The notes: generated by a model not told the origin, from the sequence alone. Shown: positions 15,090 to 22,574, numbered from the stretch's first letter. The stretch is DNA of 32,000 nucleotides from an uncultured Candidatus Saccharibacteria bacterium (GCA_964638435.1 CAZXAY010000003.1:8431-40430); one strand, 5' to 3'. Program-made: numbers and translations.

Positions 15090-16652
15090 TTAAACTTTTA
15101 ACTTATTATTAAGTATCTCATTTACAACTTGTGGATTAGCTTGCCCCTTACTCTCCTTCATCACGCATCCAACTAAAAATCCTACAATTTGAGTTTGACC
15201 GCCTTTTATTTTAGCCACCACGTCAGGATTTTTACTAATAACTTTCTCCACAATTTTTTCTAACTCACCAATATCAGAAATTTGTTCTAAACCTCTTTCT
15301 TTAATAATCTCTGATGGTTTTTTACCTTTATACAACTCTGACAAAATTTCTTTAGCTACTGATTTAGAAATTTTTCCAACTTTAATAGTACAAATAAGTT
15401 CTACAAACCATGCTGGGTTAATAGAAAAATCTTTGATATCGTTAATTATCCAAACAGCTAATTCAACTTTTGAATCGTCTGATATTAAATTTGCACATTT
15501 ATCAAATAATTTTGATCGCTCGCTATCAGATATAATCAAATTAGCATCAATTTTATTTAAACCAAATTTATTTTGATATCTATCTAAAACCTCTTCAACA
15601 GTCTCTGGTAATTGCTTAATAATCTCATTTATATTAATTATGTTTTTAGTTTTGAATTTTGGATTTTGGATTTGTTTAGAATTTAGAGTTTCGTGCTTAG
15701 AGTTTCCACCAATTACTACTGGTGGAAGATCTGGTTCCGGAAAATACCTATAATCAGCACTAGTTTCTTTAACTCGCATTATATAGGTTTTGTTTTTTAC
15801 CTCATCCCAACCGCGGGTTTCTTGAACAATTTTACCACCATTTTCAATCTCATCAATTTGTCGCTCAAGCTCAAATTCAATCGCCTTTTCAACTGATTTA
15901 AATGAATTAAGATTCTTAACCTCAACTTTAGTCCCAAATTCCTTTTGCCCTATTGGTTTAACGGAAATATTCGCTTCGCAACGCATTTGTCCCTTTTCCA
16001 TATCAGCGTCTGATACATCAAGCTTGCGAAGTCGCAATTGATAGCTCTGGCAAAACAATTTAGCAATTCTACCAGCCTCATCAATTGGCAAAGTTACAGC
16101 GTCCGTGACCAATTCCATTAGCGGTACGCCAGCCCTATTATAATCCATCAATGAGTAATCTACATCTGCCCTACCCTCCGGGTGTTTGCTTGTCCCAGTA
16201 TCTTCTTCCAAATGAATTCTGGTTATTCCAAAAGTTATTAGTTTTTCGTTTTCAGTTTTTAGTTTGAGCAAACCGCCAGTAACAATTGGTAAATCATATT
16301 GAGATATCTGATATCCTTTTGGTAAGTCTGGATAAAAATAGTTTTTTCGATCCCATTTAGTAAAGGTAGCAATATTGTCGGCTTTTTTATTATTTAAATA
16401 TAATCCAGTTTTTATGGTCATTTCAATCGCCTGTTTATTAAGTACAGGCAACATTCCAGGCATTCCCAAACACACCGGACAAATATTCATATTTTGTTCA
16501 GTTGGTTTAGATTCGCGTCTATTCGTGTTTTCATTCGGCATTATTCGTGTTGTGCTATTTGCACACGAGCAGAACATCTTTGACTGTGTTTTAAGCTCTG
16601 CATGAATCTCCAGCCCAATCACCGCTTCATATTTTTGATTGCTTTTTTTCAT
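15090..16652 (-). CDS. gatB: Asp/Glu-tRNA(Asn/Gln) amidotransferase subunit B
   Basis: YEAVIGLEIHAELKT, GMPGMLPVLN, RIHLEEDTG, YRYFPEPDLPP, C-terminal YqeY-like domain. Confidence 0.93.
   Translation of the reverse strand: MKKSNQKYEAVIGLEIHAELKTQSKMFCSCANSTTRIMPNENTNRRESKPTEQNMNICPVCLGMPGMLPVLNKQAIEMTIKTGLYLNNKKADNIATFTKWDRKNYFYPDLPKGYQISQYDLPIVTGGLLKLKTENEKLITFGITRIHLEEDTGTSKHPEGRADVDYSLMDYNRAGVPLMELVTDAVTLPIDEAGRIAKLFCQSYQLRLRKLDVSDADMEKGQMRCEANISVKPIGQKEFGTKVEVKNLNSFKSVEKAIEFELERQIDEIENGGKIVQETRGWDEVKNKTYIMRVKETSADYRYFPEPDLPPVVIGGNSKHETLNSKQIQNPKFKTKNIININEIIKQLPETVEEVLDRYQNKFGLNKIDANLIISDSERSKLFDKCANLISDDSKVELAVWIINDIKDFSINPAWFVELICTIKVGKISKSVAKEILSELYKGKKPSEIIKERGLEQISDIGELEKIVEKVISKNPDVVAKIKGGQTQIVGFLVGCVMKESKGQANPQVVNEILNNKLKV
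15642..15704. repeat. In-frame AT-word module inside gatB (encodes NSKHETLNSKQIQNPKFKTKN)
   Basis: gtttttagttttgaattttggattttggatttgtttagaatttagagtttcgtgcttagagtt. Shares the tttagaatttaga and ggattttggattt words with gatA 28495-28533. Confidence 0.75.
16510..16550. repeat. In-frame 'attcgtgtt' word module inside gatB (encodes TRIMPNENTNRRES)
   Basis: gattcgcgtctattcgtgttttcattcggcattattcgtgt. The same cacgaat/attcgtg words occur in the intergenic hairpins at 7104-7189 and 11913-11993. Confidence 0.6.
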
Positions 16653-16721
16653 AATTCATAATTCCCTGCCCGCCATCGCAAGCTCAGGCGTTGCGGGCGT
16701 GGCTAATTCATAATTCTGAAT
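16653..16721. repeat. GC-core hairpin (16664-16703) flanked by direct aattcataattc words
   Basis: aattcataattc + cctgcccgccatcgcaagctcaggcgttgcgggcgtgg + ctaattcataattc. Core stem gcccgc/gcgggc. The core resembles 5714-5743 (reverse orientation) and 19774-19803. Confidence 0.8.
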
Positions 16722-16775
16722 TTATTTTAACTCCGCATGTATCTCTAATCCAATAACCGCCTCGTATTTTGGCAT
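16722..16775 (-). pseudogene. Ghost 5' end of gatB (17 codons plus stop)
   Basis: ATG CCA AAA TAC GAG GCG GTT ATT GGA TTA GAG ATA CAT GCG GAG TTA AAA TAA gives MPKYEAVIGLEIHAELK*. Across YEAVIGLEIHAELK it differs from the real gatB at 10 of 42 nt, all synonymous. Confidence 0.8.
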
Positions 16776-16804
16776 TTTATTCCTTCAATGTCTAAAAAAC
16801 AAAT

Positions 16805-19399
16805 CTATATTTGATAAATACTGTTAATATTAGTACCCGTTGTAATGGTAAAACTAAAATTGACTCTATGAGCGTCCTTTAAATATCTCTTTAAATAATT
16901 AGCAATTTTTTCGCGATTGCTTAAAGCATGATAACTACCTTCTTGACCGGTAATATAAACCCCTGCTAAATTATTATCTTGCTGAAACTTTTTGGCAATC
17001 TCTAGCACTGACTCACAAAAAGCACCGGCATCAATTTTATCTAACCAATCCACATTGGGATTAAATCCCCGCAATAGTAGCGCCTTTTGTCCATTGATTT
17101 TTACAATATAAGCCTGGATATTAGCTCGCACGGATTGTTCATTCTCCACAATATTAATATGCAAATGATCATTTCTGTTAAATAGATTAGCATCCGAAGC
17201 AGTGCAAACTCCCGCTGAGGCTTTGGCGAAAAATGAACCAATATTTTTAGAAAAATATGCTTTTAATCCGCTAGTGGTAGTAACTACTTTTTCGCCTATA
17301 TCACTTTTTTCAAATTTATTAATTTCTTGGCTAATTTTTTCTCTATAAGATTTTAATACTTTTTCAAAAAGTACCTTGCCAAAAAGTTTGGCCATCCCCT
17401 CAATGGTATTTATTGACTGCCAGTCGATTTTCTCTTTTTCACTGCCAAATAATTTTTTTATTGCTTGCTGTCTCTTCGGAGTATTTAACAGTTCCTGTAT
17501 TTCTTTTGTTAAAATATCATTTCCTAGCAAATAATTTTTTAAAGCTGTTTGATAATTATCTTTAAAATATACTCCTAATATTTCTTTTAATTCCATAAGA
17601 TAGTTGTAGCTGTTTTGATTATCTAATTTGGAGTATCTTAAAATAAAATTTGTTACTAAATCATCTTGACTAATTAAACTAAGCAATTCTCCTAGTTCTG
17701 TTAGATTAAAATCCGTTTTGGACTTGGCTAAACCTAATAATAATTTATCCCATTCGATTTTAGGATTAGATTCTTGCGAATTTTCCCGCAAAAATAATTG
17801 TTTAAAGGAATTAAGAACATTAAAATCTGTTGTTTTATTTTCTTTTAATCTAAGTGATTTGTGGCTAGTTATTGTTAAAGGGTAACCTTCTTTGGGAAAA
17901 ATGTAATTTTTTATATCTCCAGTTTTATCCTCGAGTTGATCAATCATTTTTTTTACTTGCTCAAAACTCATCCCTATTGGTTTGTATGCTGAATAAACCA
18001 TTTCAACTAGAATATCCTCGTCCTTGGCAGGTAGTATATTTTTTATAGGTTCATTCTGAAAGAATTTGGGTTTTAATTGCCTAATTTGAGCGGATAATTC
18101 ACTTTTACCAGCATGGTCGGCATGACGATAACGATCAAAGATTATTGGCGTTAATGAATCTAAGTCAGTAAGGGCTTGAAAAATTTCTTGTTGATTACCC
18201 AGTACTGAGTAATCCGTCAATCTTGTATCGCACAAAGTATCAATAACAGTATTAAACTGATTAGGATATTCGGCAATTAATTTTCTTAAAAAGGGCAAAT
18301 GATTATCATCGCCAAGGAATTTTTGTAAATTGCTTGTCAAAAAATTCTTGTTGATTAAATTTAAACAAAAATATCTAAAAAATCGAGCGGGTATCTCTTT
18401 TTTACCCAAAAATTTCATAACCAAGCTACTACCTTTAGCGCTATCAATTTCTGCCAATTCTTTGATTATACGCGCCTCAAAAGAAATCTTTTTGAGATGT
18501 TTTTCTAAATCTTTTTCACTTGCTAGACCTTGAAAACCTAATTTCTGCAATAATTTAATGCTGTCATCTGATTCGATATGCTTTAAAGTTTCACATAATA
18601 ATTTAACAGTGGGTTTATCAACAGCAAATTGTAAATTAACAGCTTTTCCCAAATCTCTTGACGCTCTATCTTGCACTAATAGTTGTTGCCATTTATCTTT
18701 TTCATTAATGTATTTTTCTTTTAAAAACGGTGCTAATTCATGATCCATAATTATTGAGGCCATCTGTCTCTGATTTTCAGGCATTAAGTTGATAAAATCC
18801 TCTCTCTTATTTTCGTCTAAAACTAAAGCGTAGTTTTTTAATAAATCTGGATCACTTGCAACCGAGCTGGCAATTTTTTCCATTGCTGGCATTGGCATTT
18901 TTTCAGTTTCCCTTTTTTGGATTCCTAAAATCATTGCCTCCGCAAGCATACTTGAGGGATTAAATTTAGGTATCCCAGATGCCTGGTCAAGCATTTTTTT
19001 AGCGTAATTTATCGTTTCGCCGAAATTTAACTCCGCCAATTGCTCATGCTTAGCAACATCCGCCAATAAATAGGCGCTTAAATTTGGTGCCACATCTGCC
19101 ATTAACATTGCCTTTTGGCGATTTTTTTCACCCTTTTCATTCAAATAATTTTGTGCCTCTTCTTTGGTGACAACTACATTCCCATCGACCTCATTTTTAA
19201 CTAACGCCAAAGTTTCGTGATATTTATTTTTTAAACTTTCTAATTCAGGTGGTGGCAAGTTTAAAACTAATATTTTTAGTTCCTGTGATTTTTTTCTTAA
19301 ATCAGCCATCATAAAAATCATTGATTTTTCATCACTAGATAAAAATTGCGCTTGTTGATTTTCTATATTTTGATTATTGTTAATAAATTCATTCATCAT
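16805..19399 (-). CDS. Large hypothetical protein (864 aa), no recognisable domain
   Basis: Long uninterrupted ORF. Its ATGATG start overlaps the TGA stop of the RT remnant (ATGATGAATGA, 19389-19399). Mostly helical-looking, Lys/Glu/Leu-rich. The C-terminal 160 aa are more globular (GVCTASD...LLLRGFNP...ITGQEGSYHALSNR). Confidence 0.7.
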   Translation of the reverse strand: MMNEFINNNQNIENQQAQFLSSDEKSMIFMMADLRKKSQELKILVLNLPPPELESLKNKYHETLALVKNEVDGNVVVTKEEAQNYLNEKGEKNRQKAMLMADVAPNLSAYLLADVAKHEQLAELNFGETINYAKKMLDQASGIPKFNPSSMLAEAMILGIQKRETEKMPMPAMEKIASSVASDPDLLKNYALVLDENKREDFINLMPENQRQMASIIMDHELAPFLKEKYINEKDKWQQLLVQDRASRDLGKAVNLQFAVDKPTVKLLCETLKHIESDDSIKLLQKLGFQGLASEKDLEKHLKKISFEARIIKELAEIDSAKGSSLVMKFLGKKEIPARFFRYFCLNLINKNFLTSNLQKFLGDDNHLPFLRKLIAEYPNQFNTVIDTLCDTRLTDYSVLGNQQEIFQALTDLDSLTPIIFDRYRHADHAGKSELSAQIRQLKPKFFQNEPIKNILPAKDEDILVEMVYSAYKPIGMSFEQVKKMIDQLEDKTGDIKNYIFPKEGYPLTITSHKSLRLKENKTTDFNVLNSFKQLFLRENSQESNPKIEWDKLLLGLAKSKTDFNLTELGELLSLISQDDLVTNFILRYSKLDNQNSYNYLMELKEILGVYFKDNYQTALKNYLLGNDILTKEIQELLNTPKRQQAIKKLFGSEKEKIDWQSINTIEGMAKLFGKVLFEKVLKSYREKISQEINKFEKSDIGEKVVTTTSGLKAYFSKNIGSFFAKASAGVCTASDANLFNRNDHLHINIVENEQSVRANIQAYIVKINGQKALLLRGFNPNVDWLDKIDAGAFCESVLEIAKKFQQDNNLAGVYITGQEGSYHALSNREKIANYLKRYLKDAHRVNFSFTITTGTNINSIYQI

Positions 19400-20140
19400 C
19401 TAATACCTCCATTATTTCCCAGCTAAATTCATTTAATTTATGCTTGGAATGTTGTTTTATTAAACCATAATAACTTGACGCATTATTTATGTTTAGCCTG
19501 CTCTTAATCCTTTTTAAATTTCGTTTGTTCAAACTCCTTTTATCTGGGTATATTACAACTCCTAAAAATTTTATTCCGCGCCTAGCTTTAACTATAATGT
19601 CATTTTTTAAATTAATCTTTAAAAGTAAACTATTTTCTATAAACCTAATTGTATTTTCTCGTATTTCTTCTAATTTAGCAAGATCCTTATCTAAAATTAT
19701 AAAATCATCTCCATAGCGCAAATATTAGACTTGTTACGTAATAATTTTTGTAGCGAAAGCTAAGAATTTTGAGCCCGCCTTGACTCGGATCAGGCGAGGC
19801 AGGTGAAAATAATGAAGAGCGAGGAAGTTGTAACAGAGTTACGCTGACGAACTATGAATTATTTTTTAACCAAAATTATTAGTTTGTAGTAAAAATGTTA
19901 TTTCGTAATAAGTCTATTGTTTTATTTTTAATTTATGTTTAATAAACCTGTCTAACTCGTTCAAATAAATATTGGCAAAAATCTAACTAGTTAGGTTGCC
20001 AATTGGCAAGCCCTTTCTATTAAGACCCCCCCCCAATGTCTGTTGAATTGTCATTCTGAGCTTGCGAAGAATCTCTATTATAACCATCAATAACAAAATT
20101 GATTATCTTTTTAACATTTGGACAATCAACTCGTCTAAAA
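19389..20140 (-). pseudogene. DGR-type reverse transcriptase, decayed (5'-truncated, frameshifted, nonsense codon, split by MITE)
   Basis: My minus-strand translation gives ...RRVDCPNVKKIINFVIDGYNRDSSQAQNDNSTDIGGG (frameshift in the G9 run) LNRKGLPIGNLTS*IFANIYLNELDRFIKHKLKIKQ | MITE | YLRYGDDFIILDKDL...FLGVVIYPD...SSYYGLIKQHSKHKL. This covers RT motif 4 with the DGR-typical IGxxxSQ (Q codon is TAG here), motif 5 YGDD, and motifs 6-7. Confidence 0.8.
19726..19914. mobile_element. MITE-like element, copy B (189 bp), inserted in the RT gene, carrying a nested 30-nt GC hairpin (19774-19803)
   Basis: Same termini as copy A, flanked by TAT/TAT (19723-19725, 19915-19917). Deleting 19726-19917 (192 nt) joins ...KHKLKIKQ to YLRYGDDF in frame. 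Confidence 0.85.
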
Positions 20141-20161
20141 ATAAAATAATAAAATTAAAGA

Positions 20162-21283
20162 TTAAAGTCCAATGGTTTGTGGTAACATTACCGAGGAGCG
20201 AACGCCGGAGCCGGAAACGCCGAGATTGTCCCCGCTCAAATCAGCCTGACAGCCGTAGCGATCCCAACGGCAGACCGGCGCCCCACCGGAAACCAAAGAA
20301 GCTATTAAATAACAAGCTCTTGCTTGATCATCTATTTGCTGGTTAGTTTGTTGTAAATGAATAATTGCATAAATTAACCAATCTTGGATAACTAAACCCA
20401 TTTCATTAGCATATTGGGGATCTTCTTGAAGTTTTTTCAGATAATCTATTGGTGATTGGTTGGCTTCCAATTGTTTCCTTGCCTGACCTGAGCTATGTCG
20501 AAGGGTTTTACCCTGACCCTTTGCTGGTAAGTCTGGCAAATTTTCTATCAGTTTAATAGACCAGCCATTAGTGGGCTTAACTTTGTTAAGATACGCTTGA
20601 TATTGTTTATTCTTTTCTTTAGTAATTCCAGTAAGAAGCTCATTAAGGGTAAAACCTTTAAAGCTTGGATCAGTAAAGTCTTTGGGGTAATAGGTCATTT
20701 TAGTATTGCCATCTTGGTCTTCTTGATCACAATTAAGGTATCCATCCCAAATAAAGATTGGATCAAATTTAGTAGAATCATTATCATCTTCTTTGAGTTC
20801 TAAGGACGAGCCATCTGTAGATAGGAGTTTACCTTCTTTATGTTTTTTAATGATTAACTGTTTGTATCTTGATATTAGTATTTCCAGTGGTAGAACCATA
20901 GGAGTAAGAAGCAATTTAGTAAATCCTTGAGATTCTTTAAGTTCAAGTATTTGCAGTTGTTCGGGGGTGATTTGGGAAAGGATTTCTTCATAGGTGGGAA
21001 TAGGATATTCTTTGATTTTAGTACTGTCATGGGGGTCAACTCCAAGAACACCAATATCTTGGCAGTCTAGGAGTATGTCAATAACTCCTGTTTCATTAAG
21101 AGTTTTAACTTGGGACTCCCATTGAACTTTAAGCTGGAGCTTTTCTGAAAGAGCTTCTAGTTTAACTTGATGCTCAGTTTTTTCTGGAGTATCAGTAAGG
21201 CTGAGATCCTTCGCTCCACTAAGACTAACATCGGGTTGAGTTTCTTGAGCTTGATTAAATTGTTGGGGTAATTGTTCGGACAT
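20162..21283 (-). CDS. Candidate DGR variable protein, paralog A (373 aa)
   Basis: Paralogous to 22752..23816 over most of its length. The C-terminal ~40 codons are GC-rich, A-poor and hyperdivergent, ending in a conserved VMLPQT. The stop lies about 20 nt from the RT remnant. Confidence 0.75.
   Translation of the reverse strand: MSEQLPQQFNQAQETQPDVSLSGAKDLSLTDTPEKTEHQVKLEALSEKLQLKVQWESQVKTLNETGVIDILLDCQDIGVLGVDPHDSTKIKEYPIPTYEEILSQITPEQLQILELKESQGFTKLLLTPMVLPLEILISRYKQLIIKKHKEGKLLSTDGSSLELKEDDNDSTKFDPIFIWDGYLNCDQEDQDGNTKMTYYPKDFTDPSFKGFTLNELLTGITKEKNKQYQAYLNKVKPTNGWSIKLIENLPDLPAKGQGKTLRHSSGQARKQLEANQSPIDYLKKLQEDPQYANEMGLVIQDWLIYAIIHLQQTNQQIDDQARACYLIASLVSGGAPVCRWDRYGCQADLSGDNLGVSGSGVRSSVMLPQTIGL
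20193..20311 (-). other. Putative variable region (VR) of paralog A
   Basis: Roughly two-thirds G+C by eye, in a ~30% GC genome. In the 75-nt core, A is the rarest coding-strand base (8/75 by my count). Bounded 3' by a block identical to paralog B (ggtttgtggtaacattacc, 20174-20192). Confidence 0.6.
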
Positions 21284-21287
21284 AATA

Positions 21288-21974
21288 TTATTTTGAATTT
21301 AATTTTAATAAAAATAACAGTTCTGGAATTAGTTGATCTTTTATCCAAATTTTTTGTTTACTATCAACAACCTCACCCAAACTATGTAAAATGTTGATAT
21401 TTGATTTTTTTTCTAACAACTTTATGATTTCTTTTAAATACTCTTTAGTATTTTTACCTGTTCTCAATTTTATAATATTTTCATTAATAGGCCAATTATT
21501 TTTTAAGAAAAAATATACATCAAACAAATCTCGGTTAGCGAGTTTTTTCCTATCCAATACGGCTACCAATTTATTAGCAAAAATACAATCTTTTGTCATA
21601 GTTAAAATTGGCAATCCTAAATAATTTTTTATCTCAAAAGTATTTTCATTAATCAATCTTGTAGAAATTTCTATCTTAATATTATGGGCCTCATTTTTGT
21701 ATGACAATAAAAAGTAAATCGTATTAGCTTTTATTTTTTTGTCCTTTATTTCTCCAATGTCTACTAAAATTCCTAATAACTTTTTGAATACAAAATCGAC
21801 TCTGTCTAACTGCGACAAATTAAAATCTAAGTCGGTAGAAAACCTAGGTAAGTTATAAAAAAGATAACAAGCCGTCCCGCCTTTAAAACCTAAAATTGGC
21901 GCTAGATCTCTATCAGAATAAATAGCATATAATATTTTGCTTAACACTACTTCATGTTCCTTTTTATCAAGCAT
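21288..21974 (-). CDS. AbiEii-family nucleotidyltransferase toxin (pair 1)
   Basis: GFKGGTACYLFYNLPRFSTDLDFN signature. Overlaps the upstream AbiEi-like gene by 8 nt. Paralog of 25203..25913. Confidence 0.8.
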   Translation of the reverse strand: MLDKKEHEVVLSKILYAIYSDRDLAPILGFKGGTACYLFYNLPRFSTDLDFNLSQLDRVDFVFKKLLGILVDIGEIKDKKIKANTIYFLLSYKNEAHNIKIEISTRLINENTFEIKNYLGLPILTMTKDCIFANKLVAVLDRKKLANRDLFDVYFFLKNNWPINENIIKLRTGKNTKEYLKEIIKLLEKKSNINILHSLGEVVDSKQKIWIKDQLIPELLFLLKLNSK

Positions 21975-22554
21975 ATAATTTCCTTAATTTAGCTAATTTT
22001 TTTTCTAAACTCTTATTATCATAAATTTTAACTATTTCACTGCAAATCTGCCAATCAATTTTTGCCAAATTGTCAAAATAAAAATCACCATATAGGTATA
22101 GGGTGTCGAGCAAGGCTCTCTCACAAGACGCAACATCATAATTCTCCTTTCTTACAATTCCACTTGAATTTAATAATACTGAATCTTTGATTTTTTTATA
22201 AACATATTTTTGTTTATCAATTATAATTTCTTTTGATAATTTAGAAATAGAATAAATTGCGCTATCATATTGGAATATTATTCCCGCCCTTAATAAAACA
22301 GTTTGTAAACTAATATATGATGGAATAATTATTTTATTTGCAAGTTCATCTTTTAAATAATTACTATCAATTGCATACAATCCATTTCTTACTCTATTTA
22401 GTTGGCCATTTTTGACTAACCGATATATTTTAGTTTTTAAATAATTTGGCTCAGGTATTTGCCAAATTAAAATTAGGTCTTTAGTACTAAAAACCGTTTT
22501 TTTACTTTTTAACAGTAGTGTTATAGAATTATCTATCATATGTTTGTATCTCAT
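21967..22554 (-). CDS. AbiEi-family antitoxin/transcriptional regulator (pair 1); true start probably the ATG at 22539
   Basis: N-terminal wHTH-like region (TKDLILIWQ...YRLVKNGQLNRVRNGLY), C-terminal ...CERALLDTLYL. Aligns with pair 2 from MIDNS. Confidence 0.75.
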   Translation of the reverse strand: MRYKHMIDNSITLLLKSKKTVFSTKDLILIWQIPEPNYLKTKIYRLVKNGQLNRVRNGLYAIDSNYLKDELANKIIIPSYISLQTVLLRAGIIFQYDSAIYSISKLSKEIIIDKQKYVYKKIKDSVLLNSSGIVRKENYDVASCERALLDTLYLYGDFYFDNLAKIDWQICSEIVKIYDNKSLEKKLAKLRKLYA

Positions 22555-22556
22555 AA

Positions 22557-22574
22557 GTAATCATATTTGATTAC
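22557..22574. promoter_or_regulatory. Inverted repeat gtaatca-tatt-tgattac upstream of AbiEi pair 1 (candidate operator)
   Basis: Perfect 7-bp arms. The consensus AAGTAATnATATTTGnTTAC is shared with the repeat upstream of pair 2 (26492-26516). Confidence 0.55.

Noticed and set aside
19918-20160. Search for a DGR template repeat between variable gene A and the RT remnant, and elsewhere in the window
   Set aside because: This stretch translates as RT sequence (RRVDCPNV...GLPIGNLTS) and does not align with either VR. I also saw no A-rich (plus-strand GTT-rich) near-copy of the VRs anywhere else by eye. A TR is therefore not reported. A computational search is still needed.
20062-20346. Plus-strand 94-aa ORF, Arg/Pro/Ser-rich (…RSERRSRKRRDCPRSNQPDSRSDPNGRPAPHRKPKK…)
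   Set aside because: It is the antisense reading of the GC-rich variable region of paralog A. It has no RBS, and its low-complexity composition is explained by the VR. The analogous ORF 22763..22963 is antisense to VR B.
21157-21348. 63-aa minus-strand ORF spanning the AbiEii/paralog A junction
   Set aside because: It overlaps the 5' end of paralog A and the 3' end of AbiEii in other frames. Both of those genes are supported by paralogy and motifs.
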